This document shows positions 45,015 to 53,668 of a stretch of 64,000 nt of DNA, piece after piece (position 1 is the stretch's first letter; every line of letters starts with the position of its first letter). The stretch spans positions 36,077 to 100,076 of IMG/VR virus record IMGVR_UViG_3300032236_001771. One strand, written 5' to 3'. A program made the translations under genes and the position numbers. Below the pieces are notes generated by a model. The model saw nothing but the letters and a program-made list of their open reading frames with translations, did no database searches and had not been told where the DNA came from. Origin of the DNA: a virus.

Positions 45015-45170
45015 ATGTCACTTATTTCACAAAAAGATAGAACTATTGTCATTAAGGCATTAGAGCATTATACTGCTGCATTTAAACACATTATGACTGA
45101 AAATGAAAGAGCAGAAACAAATGCTCTTCTTAATTGGATTAAACTTGAGTATAATAAACATGCAGATTAA
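45015..45170 (+). CDS. Small ORF (51 aa)
   Basis: Hand-translated MSLISQKDRTIVIKALEHYTAAFKHIMTENERAETNALLNWIKLEYNKHAD*. No motif recognised. Confidence 0.3.
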   Translation: MSLISQKDRTIVIKALEHYTAAFKHIMTENERAETNALLNWIKLEYNKHAD

Positions 45171-45318
45171 TTTGTGGTATAGTGAAACAATGAAAGAATG
45201 GAGATGGACTTTAGTTGATTTTAAATTAAATATGGAATCTGGTGGACAATCAGATTTAAGACTTGCTATGAATGATGTAGCAAATACAGTTGAATATTTA
45301 ATTAATAAAACCAATTGA
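45160..45318 (+). CDS. Small ORF (52 aa)
   Basis: An internal ATG of the track ORF 45103-45318 is chosen, giving MQINLWYSETMKEWRWTLVDFKLNMESGGQSDLRLAMNDVANTVEYLINKTN*. No motif recognised. Confidence 0.3.
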   Translation: MQINLWYSETMKEWRWTLVDFKLNMESGGQSDLRLAMNDVANTVEYLINKTN

Positions 45319-45326
45319 TTTTTTAT

Positions 45327-45398
45327 TCCCCTGTAGCTCAGTGGTAGAGCGCCGGTCTGTTAAACCGTTGGTCCCTGGTCCGAATCCAGGTGGGGGAG
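45327..45398 (+). tRNA. tRNA-Asn (anticodon GTT)
   Basis: TCCCCTG/TGGGGGA acceptor, GCTC/GAGC D-stem, CCGGT-CTGTTAA-ACCGT anticodon arm, CCTGG-TCCGAAT-CCAGG T-arm. The T-loop has C where the near-invariant U55 is expected. Confidence 0.7.
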
Positions 45399-45435
45399 CT
45401 TTAATTAAACTAAATATATAAAAAACTATAAAATA

Positions 45436-45876
45436 ATGGAAGAATTACATAAAGCATTATATCGGGTTCAAGCAACTTTATTTCATTTATTTCAAAAAAC
45501 TTGGGTTTATCATTGGAATGTTGTAGGTAATGATTTTTATCAACTTCATACACTTTTTGGTGAAGAGTACGAATTTATGTTTGAAGAAGTTGATAAAATT
45601 TCTGAACACATTCGTTATTTTGGAATTAAAGCATTGGGTCCTTTAGATCAGATTATGAGCGAATCTGATATTACTACTGTTAATATGAAAGCCAGTTCTA
45701 TGGAAATGGTGAGTATTCTTCTTCAAGATAATGAAACTTTTATTAAACTTTTAAAACTTGCTAATAAAGTTGCTGATGAAGTTGATCAGCCACAAACGGC
45801 AAATTTACTTCAACAAATGATGGAAGATCATGGTAAATTTGTTTGGCAATTACGATCTATGTTAAGATCGTCATAA
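45436..45876 (+). CDS. Dps-like ferritin-superfamily protein
   Basis: 146 aa. WVYHWNVVGNDFYQLHTLFGEEYEFMFEEVDKISEHIRYFG fits the Dps ferroxidase-site pattern (HWnV.G..F..lH..fee.y.....d.iaEri). Confidence 0.72.
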   Translation: MEELHKALYRVQATLFHLFQKTWVYHWNVVGNDFYQLHTLFGEEYEFMFEEVDKISEHIRYFGIKALGPLDQIMSESDITTVNMKASSMEMVSILLQDNETFIKLLKLANKVADEVDQPQTANLLQQMMEDHGKFVWQLRSMLRSS

Positions 45877-45889
45877 TTTTTAAAAGGGC

Positions 45890-45918
45890 TTGACTAAGCT
45901 CTTTTTTTGTGGTATAAT
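45890..45918 (+). promoter_or_regulatory. Host sigma70-type promoter TTGACT-N17-TATAAT heading the glycan operon
   Basis: TTGACT at 45890-45895, 17-nt spacer, TATAAT at 45913-45918. The spacer overlaps an AGGGCTT...AAGCTCT-T7 hairpin that ends the Dps gene. Confidence 0.6.
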
Positions 45919-45941
45919 GGAATTGAAAACCTATTTAAAGT

Positions 45942-46943
45942 ATGAAAAAAGCTTTGTTGACGGGCATTACAGGTCAAGATGGATCTTATCTTGCTGAGTT
46001 GCTTTTGAAAAAAGGATATGAAGTTCATGGTATTATTCGTAGAGCATCTACTATTAATACTTCTAGAATTGATCATATTTATCCACAATTACATCTTCAT
46101 TATGGTGATTTAACTGATTCAACTAATTTAATTAGTATTATTCAAAAAGTTAAACCTGATGAAATTTATAATCTTGGAGCACAAAGTCATGTAAAAGTTT
46201 CTTTTGAAATTCCTGAATATACTGGTCAGGTGGATGCTTTGGGTACTTTGAGAATACTTGAAGCAATTCGTTTGCTTGGAATGGAAAGTAGTGTTAGAAT
46301 TTATCAAGCCTCTACTAGTGAACTTTATGGTCTTGTTCAAGAAATTCCTCAAAAAGAAACTACACCATTTTATCCTCGTTCACCTTATGGAGTGGCTAAA
46401 CTTTACGGGTATTGGATTCTCAAAAATTACCGAGAGTCATATGGATTATATGCGTGTACTGGAATTTTATTTAATCATGAATCCCCAAGACGTGGTGAAA
46501 CATTTGTAACCAGAAAAATTGTAAAAGGTCTTGCTGGAATTTCTTGGGGAACTCAAGATTGTCTTTATCTTGGCAACTTAAATGCCAAAAGAGATTGGGG
46601 TCATGCTAAAGATTTTGTTGAAGCGATGTGGTTAATGTTACAGCAAGATAAACCTGATGATTATGTTATTGCTACAGGAAAACAATATTCAGTTCGTCAA
46701 TTTGTAGAAAAATCTGCTCCATATTTTAATATGGATATTGTTTGGGAAGGAGAAGGTTTAAATGAAGTTGGAATTAATAAAAAAACGGGAAATATAGTTA
46801 TTAGAGTTGATCCTAAATATTTTAGACCTGCTGAAGTTGAAACTTTGCTTGGTGATTCTACTAAAGCAAAAGAAAAACTAGGGTGGAAACCTATAATTGA
46901 TTTTGATAATTTAGTTGAGGATATGTGTAAAAATGGACTTTGA
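45942..46943 (+). CDS. gmd: GDP-mannose 4,6-dehydratase
   Basis: 333 aa. [57 protein letters not shown]. This is the textbook Gmd sequence. Confidence 0.92.
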   Translation: MKKALLTGITGQDGSYLAELLLKKGYEVHGIIRRASTINTSRIDHIYPQLHLHYGDLTDSTNLISIIQKVKPDEIYNLGAQSHVKVSFEIPEYTGQVDALGTLRILEAIRLLGMESSVRIYQASTSELYGLVQEIPQKETTPFYPRSPYGVAKLYGYWILKNYRESYGLYACTGILFNHESPRRGETFVTRKIVKGLAGISWGTQDCLYLGNLNAKRDWGHAKDFVEAMWLMLQQDKPDDYVIATGKQYSVRQFVEKSAPYFNMDIVWEGEGLNEVGINKKTGNIVIRVDPKYFRPAEVETLLGDSTKAKEKLGWKPIIDFDNLVEDMCKNGL

Positions 46944-47877
46944 TAGTAGAATTTTTGTTGCAGGACATAAAGGACTTGTTGGTTCTGCAATTGTAAGAAA
47001 ATTAAATAATTTAGGTTATACTAATATTATTAAAGTAAGTAAGGATGTAGTAGATTTAACTGATTCTGAGGCAGTTGAATGTTTTTTTAAAGTAAAAAAA
47101 CCAGAGTATGTATTTCTTGCTGCAGCAAAAGTTGGAGGAATTGGATATAATAAAGAATATCCTGCAGATTTTATTAGAGAAAATCTTCAAATTCAAACTA
47201 ATGTAATTGATTCTGCTCATAGACATGGATGTAAAAAACTGCTTTTTCTTGGATCTGCGTGTATTTACCCCAAAAATGCTCCAGTCCCTATTAAAGAAGA
47301 ATATTTAATGACATCTCCTCTTGAAGAGACTAACATTTCATATTCAATTGCTAAGATAGCTGGATATATGATGTGTAAAAAATACACAGAACAATATGGA
47401 TTGAGTACTATTTCTGTAATGCCTAATAATTTGTATGGTATTAATGATAATTTTAATATTCAAAGATGTCATGTAATTCCAAGTTTTATTAATAAGTTTA
47501 TTACTGCAAAAGAAAAAAAACTTTCTTCTGTTACTTGTTTTGGTGATGGAAGTCCAACAAGAGAATTTCTTTTTTCTGATGACCTTGCTGATGGAATTGT
47601 ATTTTTAATGAACAATTATAATGACCCAGAAATCATTAATATTGGACCAAAGCGAGAAGTAAGTATTAAAGAATTATCGGAATTAGTTTCTAAATTGGTT
47701 GGATTTGAAGGTGAAATTTTTTGGGATATTACAAAGCCAAATGGAACTCCTCGTAGAGCATTAGATACAACTAAAATGGATTCTCTTGGTTGGAAGTCTA
47801 CAACAAGTCTTGAAGACGGTCTTAAAATTACTATTGATTGGTTCTTAGAAAATAGGAGCAAATATGCCAGAGTATAA
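46933..47877 (+). CDS. GDP-4-keto-6-deoxymannose epimerase/reductase family (GDP-L-fucose synthase or GDP-L-colitose synthase)
   Basis: Start re-set to ATG 46933. [14 protein letters not shown] Rossmann motif, [16 protein letters not shown] (YxxxK). Fcl/WcaG/ColC family. Confidence 0.8.
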   Translation: MDFDSRIFVAGHKGLVGSAIVRKLNNLGYTNIIKVSKDVVDLTDSEAVECFFKVKKPEYVFLAAAKVGGIGYNKEYPADFIRENLQIQTNVIDSAHRHGCKKLLFLGSACIYPKNAPVPIKEEYLMTSPLEETNISYSIAKIAGYMMCKKYTEQYGLSTISVMPNNLYGINDNFNIQRCHVIPSFINKFITAKEKKLSSVTCFGDGSPTREFLFSDDLADGIVFLMNNYNDPEIINIGPKREVSIKELSELVSKLVGFEGEIFWDITKPNGTPRRALDTTKMDSLGWKSTTSLEDGLKITIDWFLENRSKYARV

Positions 47878-49027
47878 GTGGCCTTTAATGAAAAATACTT
47901 TGACCTTTATGGACAGAGTAAAACTTGCAAAATTTATTTTAACTTCCGATAAATTTACTCAAGGTAAGAAAGTAGAAAAGTTTGAAAATGAATGGTCAAA
48001 ATGGTTAGGCTGTAAACATTCTCTTTATGTTACTTCTGGTAGTACTGCTAATTTTTTATTAGTAGCTTCTATTATTGAAAAATATAATTTAAAGCCTGGA
48101 GATAAAGTTTTAGTTCCTGCTTGCACTTGGGTTACTAATATTAATCCTATTTTTCAACTTGGATTAACTCCTATTTTTTGTGATGTTAGTTTAGAAAATT
48201 ATAGTTTTAATGAGTCTAATTTACAACAAATTGCTAAAAAACATCCAGACATTAAATTAGTATTTGTAACTCATCTTTTAGGAATTCCTGCCTATAATAA
48301 AGAATATAAAAGAATTTTTCCAAATGCTTTGTTTATTGATGATGTATGTGAATCTCATGGTTGTGAAACTGTAGGAGGAAAAGTTGGTTTTGATAGTCTA
48401 GGTGCAACTTTTAGTTTTTATTTTGGACATCATATGTCTACTATTGAAGGTGGAATGATTTCTACCAATGATAGTGAACTTTATGATTTGATGAAACTTA
48501 AAAGATCACATGGATTAGCAAGAGTTTCTAATAAATTTTCTGAGTATATTGAAGAAAATCCTGATATTGAAAAATCTTTTTTGTTTGTAACTGATGGATA
48601 TAATTTTAGAAACACTGAACTTGGTGCAGTATTGGGATTATCTCAATTAAAAAGATTAGACAATTTTGTTTTGATAAGAAAAGAAAATTATAAAAAATTT
48701 GTAGAAATTTCTAATCAAAATGAAAATTTTTATCCAGTATATTATCATCCAGGTAATAGTTGTTTTTGTTTTCCATTTATATGTAAAACTCAAGAAATCA
48801 AAAAGAATTTGATTAGTTTATTTGAAAAGTATAAAATTGAGTATAGACCTATTGTTGGTGGAAACTTATTAAAACAGCCTTACTTACAACAATATAAAAT
48901 AGACATACAAGCAAATAATTTAAATGTAGACATAATTCATGAGAATGGTGTTTATATTGGAAATAATCAGTTTGTAACTTTAAACGATATGAAAAAACTT
49001 GCTAAAATTTTGGGAGAACTTAAATGA
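47864..49027 (+). CDS. DegT/ColD-type PLP enzyme, probably a GDP-4-keto-6-deoxy-mannose 3-dehydratase (ColD-like) rather than an aminotransferase
   Basis: 387 aa. VTSGSTANFL. The usual PLP lysine position reads TFSFYFGHHMSTIEGG (His, no Lys), as in ColD/E1 dehydratases. IEYRPIVGGNLLKQ and NGVYIGNNQ also resemble ColD as I recall it. Confidence 0.65.
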   Translation: MPEYKWPLMKNTLTFMDRVKLAKFILTSDKFTQGKKVEKFENEWSKWLGCKHSLYVTSGSTANFLLVASIIEKYNLKPGDKVLVPACTWVTNINPIFQLGLTPIFCDVSLENYSFNESNLQQIAKKHPDIKLVFVTHLLGIPAYNKEYKRIFPNALFIDDVCESHGCETVGGKVGFDSLGATFSFYFGHHMSTIEGGMISTNDSELYDLMKLKRSHGLARVSNKFSEYIEENPDIEKSFLFVTDGYNFRNTELGAVLGLSQLKRLDNFVLIRKENYKKFVEISNQNENFYPVYYHPGNSCFCFPFICKTQEIKKNLISLFEKYKIEYRPIVGGNLLKQPYLQQYKIDIQANNLNVDIIHENGVYIGNNQFVTLNDMKKLAKILGELK

Positions 49028-49374
49028 GTAAATTTGGACAAATTATTGATGAATGTATTAAAGAAACTGTAAATGAAGTTCTTACAAAAAGAGAACTTCC
49101 CGATGTTGAATATATTGAAACAGACAATCTTGGTGAAGTTGTAGAAAAACTTTCTATTTTACATACTCGTATGTGGATGCTTGAAGATGCAATTCAAGCT
49201 GCAACAACAAATGATGAAATTGCTACACTTAAAAAGAAAATTGATATTTGTTTTAAAATAAAGCGACCAAAATACGTACAAGCAATTAATCGTATGATTG
49301 AAGTTGCAATTCAAACTAATAAATCGTTGGTTGAAGATTCTGTGAAATTATACAAAGGAGTTGAAAATGCATAA
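49024..49374 (+). CDS. Hypothetical protein
   Basis: 116 aa, translationally coupled within the operon (ATGA overlap). No motif recognised. Confidence 0.45.
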   Translation: MSKFGQIIDECIKETVNEVLTKRELPDVEYIETDNLGEVVEKLSILHTRMWMLEDAIQAATTNDEIATLKKKIDICFKIKRPKYVQAINRMIEVAIQTNKSLVEDSVKLYKGVENA

Positions 49375-50287
49375 AATTTGTTTTTATAATCATTTTCATA
49401 ATGGTGATTGTTTAGCAACAAAGGCATTTGTAAATGAACTTATTGAAAAATTTCCAGCAAAATATTTTTATTGCCATTCAAATCATCCAAAAATTCTTCG
49501 TGATTTGAATGTTACTTATATGGGGATGCCATCATTTCTTCAAGGTAAAATTAATCCAAAATTTATTGAAGAAAATGATACTTTTTATATTAATACTTGG
49601 GTTGGATGTTATTTTATTGATAGGGCAGATGATGGCATAGCTCTTGTTTTACCATTGGAAGACGGTAAAATTGGTTCTGATATTAATTGGAAAGCGTATT
49701 ATAAAATTTGGACTCATATTTATAAAACACTTAATGAAAAATTTGAATTAAATTTAAAGTTAAGTGATAATGTAGAAGACTATGCTCATAGTATAGATTA
49801 TACAAAATTTAATTATAGATCAATTGATGCATTTGTTCAAAAATATTCTGGTAAGAAAATGATACTGGTTTCTAATGGACCAGGACATTCTAATCAATCT
49901 TATCAAAATCATGATATGAGTAATATTTTTAATCAATTTCTTGGAAATAGTGTAGATGAATTGTTTATTTTTACTAATAAATTTCCTACATCAATGTCCA
50001 ATGCCTTTTTTACTGATGACATTATTCAACCTAGAGATGGGTCTGATTTAAATGAGATTGCATATCTTTCAACTTTTTGTGATATAATTATTGGTAGAAA
50101 TTCTGGTCCTTTTCTTTTTACTAACACTAAAGAAAATTTAAATAATCCTAATAAGAAATTTCTAGCAATGGGTAAAACTTATGAAGAATGTTTTCCATTT
50201 GGATTTAATACTAAATGTGATTTTAAGTTTATTTTTGACACTACTGATGATATAATTACTGAAGAAATTAAAAAGATTTTAAAATGA
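49367..50287 (+). CDS. Hypothetical protein (operon member, possible transferase)
   Basis: Start re-set to ATG 49367, 7 nt after AAAGGAG. About 306 aa. No motif recognised. Confidence 0.45.
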   Translation: MHKICFYNHFHNGDCLATKAFVNELIEKFPAKYFYCHSNHPKILRDLNVTYMGMPSFLQGKINPKFIEENDTFYINTWVGCYFIDRADDGIALVLPLEDGKIGSDINWKAYYKIWTHIYKTLNEKFELNLKLSDNVEDYAHSIDYTKFNYRSIDAFVQKYSGKKMILVSNGPGHSNQSYQNHDMSNIFNQFLGNSVDELFIFTNKFPTSMSNAFFTDDIIQPRDGSDLNEIAYLSTFCDIIIGRNSGPFLFTNTKENLNNPNKKFLAMGKTYEECFPFGFNTKCDFKFIFDTTDDIITEEIKKILK

Positions 50288-51252
50288 AAACAATAAAACT
50301 TTCCTATCGTAATATGTGGCCAGGAATGAATCCTAACAAAATGCCACAAGATTATTTTTTTGAATATGTGCTTTCTCAAAAATATAATGTTGTTTATGAA
50401 GATAAAGATCCTGATGTTGTAATTTATAGTGTCTTTGGTCCACCACCAATTAGGGATGAATATTCAAACAATCCATTAATTATTGGTTATACTGGAGAAC
50501 CACATGAAGTTCAAGGTAATCCTGATCTTTACTTTGGATTTGATGCCAATAAAAGACCTGATTATTTTAGACTTCCTCTTTGGGTGCTTTATATGATGTG
50601 GGATATTCCACAAATTGACACACCGTATAAACTTGTAGGTATTCCTTGTGTTGGTCAAGGAAGTCATCATATTCAAGGAGTAGAAGATCAAGATATGGAT
50701 GATTCAATGAATAACCCTTTACTTGTAAGTAAAATTATCAATAGACATCAAAATAATAAACCTAAAAATAAATTTTGTAATTTTACCTATTCAAATCCAG
50801 TTCAAACTAGAATTGAATTTTTTATGAGACTTCGTGAATATAAAATGGTAGAAAGTACAGGAAGTCTTCTTAATAATACTAAGTATAGAATGAATTCTAA
50901 AACAAAAGAACTTGGTGATTACAAATTTACCATAGCTTTTGAAAATACAATTAATCAAGGATATGTAACTGAAAAATTGATGGAACCTCTTGCTGCAGGA
51001 AGTGTCCCTATCTATTATGGTGGTGATATGGCAATAACAGATTTTAATGAAAAAGCATTTATCAATGTAAAAAACTTTGATAGTTTTTCTGATGCTATTG
51101 AATATATTAAAAAAGTTGATAGTGATGAAGAGTTATATAATCAGTATTTGAATGAACCAGTATTCAATACCTTAGTTGAATATCCACAAATAGTTTTTAA
51201 TAAAATTTACACTAAATTAATTGAAAAAAATGAAAATCTTATTTCACGATAA
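50284..51252 (+). CDS. GT10-family alpha-1,3-fucosyltransferase-like glycosyltransferase
   Basis: 322 aa. YKFTIAFENTINQGYVTEKLMEPLAAGSVPIYYG is the FucT motif (FENS..-GYVTEK...G.VP.Y.G). The downstream NVKNFDSFSDAIEYIKKVDSDEELYNQYL is also FucT-like. Confidence 0.78.
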   Translation: MKTIKLSYRNMWPGMNPNKMPQDYFFEYVLSQKYNVVYEDKDPDVVIYSVFGPPPIRDEYSNNPLIIGYTGEPHEVQGNPDLYFGFDANKRPDYFRLPLWVLYMMWDIPQIDTPYKLVGIPCVGQGSHHIQGVEDQDMDDSMNNPLLVSKIINRHQNNKPKNKFCNFTYSNPVQTRIEFFMRLREYKMVESTGSLLNNTKYRMNSKTKELGDYKFTIAFENTINQGYVTEKLMEPLAAGSVPIYYGGDMAITDFNEKAFINVKNFDSFSDAIEYIKKVDSDEELYNQYLNEPVFNTLVEYPQIVFNKIYTKLIEKNENLISR

Positions 51253-52192
51253 TACTTTAAGTTATAGGGGAACTTCTGTTGCTTTATATGATTATGCGTA
51301 TTACAATCAAAAATACTTAGGTAATGAAAGTATTATTGCTTATTGTGGATTTCAACCATATCATGAAGATGGTGGCACAGAAGTAGAAGTTGTAGAGAAG
51401 TTTAAAAAAGAGTTTAAAGTTTTATCATACGATTCTTTAGAAGGAATTAACGAAATTTGTGATAAAGAAAATATTGATGCAGCATATTTTATTAAATCTG
51501 GTCATTTTGATCAAAGAATTTCAAATCGTAAAAATTTAATTCATTGTGTTTTTCAGGATTTTCAACCACATGGGGATGTTTATGCTTATGTGTCTGAATG
51601 GTTAAGTGATAAAGTAACAAAAGGAAACTTTCCTTTTGTACCTCATATGATAAATCTTCCAGAACCAAATGGTGATTTTAGAGAAAAATATAATCTAAAA
51701 GATAAAATTGTTATTGGTAGATATGGTGGATTACATACATTTGATTTACCTTGGGTTAAAGATGGATTGGTAAAATTTGCATACAATAATCCAGAGTATG
51801 TTTTTCTATTTGCAAATACTTTAAAATTTACAAATCATCCTAATTTTATTTTTATTGATAAAATTGTTGATTTGCAAGAGAAATCTAATTTCATTAATAC
51901 TTGTGATGCAATGATACATGCAAGAGCAATGGGAGAAAGTTTTGGTATTGCTATTTGTGAATTTATGAGTCAAAATAAACCAGTATTTGCTTGGGTTGGT
52001 GGTAATGATCAACATCATACTTCATTACTTGGTTCAATTAATACCTTATATAATGGAGAAGCAGATTTATTTGATAAGTTATCTCTTATTAAAGATGGAT
52101 ATCAATTTGCAGATTTTAGTTCTTTAGTGGAAAAATTTAAACCAATACCAGTAATGAATAAATTCAACGAGGTATTTTTAAATGGAAAATAA
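51230..52192 (+). CDS. GT-B (GT1/GT4-like) glycosyltransferase
   Basis: Start re-set to ATG 51230. The C-terminal CDAMIHARAMGESFGIAICEFMSQNKPVFAW resembles the E-x7-E region of retaining GT4 enzymes. Confidence 0.5.
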   Translation: MKILFHDNTLSYRGTSVALYDYAYYNQKYLGNESIIAYCGFQPYHEDGGTEVEVVEKFKKEFKVLSYDSLEGINEICDKENIDAAYFIKSGHFDQRISNRKNLIHCVFQDFQPHGDVYAYVSEWLSDKVTKGNFPFVPHMINLPEPNGDFREKYNLKDKIVIGRYGGLHTFDLPWVKDGLVKFAYNNPEYVFLFANTLKFTNHPNFIFIDKIVDLQEKSNFINTCDAMIHARAMGESFGIAICEFMSQNKPVFAWVGGNDQHHTSLLGSINTLYNGEADLFDKLSLIKDGYQFADFSSLVEKFKPIPVMNKFNEVFLNGK

Positions 52193-52925
52193 TTTTCCAA
52201 TTTATATAATGCATTACACTAAAAATAAAACACGAAAAAGTTTTATTGAAAAACAGTTATTAAAAGAAAAAATTAATAATTATCAATTTATAACAGCTTA
52301 TGATAAAGAATCTATAACACAAGAGATTTTAGATGAAGTTTTTATTCTTACACAAGAAGAAGTGGATAGAAGAAAAAATCATTTAAAACATATTTGTATG
52401 CTTCCAGAAGAAGCATCTCTTTGTTTAAAACATGAACTTGCATTAAGAAAATTTTGTGATTCAAATTATAATTATGGTTTGTTTTTAGAAGATGATATAA
52501 TTTTAGCTCATGATTTTATTGAAAAATTTAATTATTATTTTGATAAAATACCAAAAGATTTTGATGTTGGATTTATTGGTCAAGGGGGAGCAAATGCTAG
52601 AATAAAAGATGTTGTTGAAGGTAAGTATTGGTATAAAAAGTTTTGGCCAGAAAATGTAAAATGTACAGATTCTATGGTGTTTACAAAAGGAATGGCACTA
52701 AAACTTTTAGATGCCATTAACCGATGTAAAATATGTTTTCCAATTGATCATGAATATTCTTATTGGTTTAGAGAATTATCTACAAATGTATATTGGCTTG
52801 AACCACCAATTACTGCACAAGGTTCTCAATGTGGATTATTTGAATCTTTTCAAGTAAAATATGGTAGTAATTATCAAAACACGAAATTATTAACAATTAG
52901 AAATGATATTGAGGAATTATTATGA
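52182..52925 (+). CDS. GT25-like glycosyltransferase, tandem paralog 1
   Basis: 247 aa. EEASLCLKHELAL and LFLEDDIIL resemble GT25 (LPS beta-1,4-galactosyltransferase family). The C-terminal block is shared with the next gene. Confidence 0.55.
   Translation: MENNFPIYIMHYTKNKTRKSFIEKQLLKEKINNYQFITAYDKESITQEILDEVFILTQEEVDRRKNHLKHICMLPEEASLCLKHELALRKFCDSNYNYGLFLEDDIILAHDFIEKFNYYFDKIPKDFDVGFIGQGGANARIKDVVEGKYWYKKFWPENVKCTDSMVFTKGMALKLLDAINRCKICFPIDHEYSYWFRELSTNVYWLEPPITAQGSQCGLFESFQVKYGSNYQNTKLLTIRNDIEELL
52734..52854 (+). repeat. Conserved 121-nt block, copy 1 (matches 53474-53594)
   Basis: The first 42 nt (TGTTTTCCAATTGATCATGAATATTCTTATTGGTTTAGAGAA) are identical to copy 2. Further identical runs of 20 and 16 nt follow. 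The rest of the two genes is much more diverged. Confidence 0.85.
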
Positions 52926-53668
52926 AAACATTTGTGATGCATTACACTCCAAATAATACTAGAAAACTTCTTTTAAAAAAAATATTTGAAAAAGAAAATT
53001 TTAAAGAAATAATTTGGGTTGAAAATTATGATAAAGAAGTTGTAACTTATGAAATTTATAGAAATAATTTTAGAGCAGATATTATAGAATATCAAAAAAG
53101 AGTACCATCACATTTTTCTCCTGGACTATATCCACTCAAACCAGAAGAAGTTTCTTTGGGATTAAAACATAAAACTGCTTTAACTTTTTTTGTTTCTAAT
53201 TATACTAATACAGAGTGTCTTTTTCTTGAAGATGATGCTATTGTAGAAACAAATTTTCTTGAACAACTTGAACACTATATGGAAACACTTCCATTAGACT
53301 GGGATGTTGCTTTTATTGGTCAGGCAGTAGATAAAAGAATTCCAGAATATAAAAGACTTCCTGAAAAGTATTGGTATAAAAAAGATTGGCCTGCAGATCG
53401 GTGTACAGATTCTATTTTGTTTACAAAAAAAGCAGCATCAAAAATTTTAAATGGAATGAATACTAAAGGTATTTGTTTTCCAATTGATCATGAATATTCT
53501 TATTGGTTTAGAGAACTTAATTTGAATGTATATTGGTTAGAACCACCTTTAGTTACTCAAGGTTCTCAATGTGGATTGTTTGAATCTTTTCAAGATCCTC
53601 ATAGTAGGTATTTTAATCCCAATATGAGTATTCGTTCTGATATTCAGGAGTTAATAAATGAAATCTAA
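52922..53668 (+). CDS. GT25-like glycosyltransferase, tandem paralog 2
   Basis: 248 aa. EEVSLGLKHKTAL and LFLEDDAIV. The C-terminal CFPIDHEYSYWFRELNLNVYWLEPPLVTQGSQCGLFESFQ is nearly identical to paralog 1. Confidence 0.55.
   Translation: MKTFVMHYTPNNTRKLLLKKIFEKENFKEIIWVENYDKEVVTYEIYRNNFRADIIEYQKRVPSHFSPGLYPLKPEEVSLGLKHKTALTFFVSNYTNTECLFLEDDAIVETNFLEQLEHYMETLPLDWDVAFIGQAVDKRIPEYKRLPEKYWYKKDWPADRCTDSILFTKKAASKILNGMNTKGICFPIDHEYSYWFRELNLNVYWLEPPLVTQGSQCGLFESFQDPHSRYFNPNMSIRSDIQELINEI
53474..53594 (+). repeat. Conserved 121-nt block, copy 2 (matches 52734-52854)
   Basis: See copy 1. The two blocks are offset by 740 bp and sit at the same relative position in the tandem paralogs. Confidence 0.85.
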
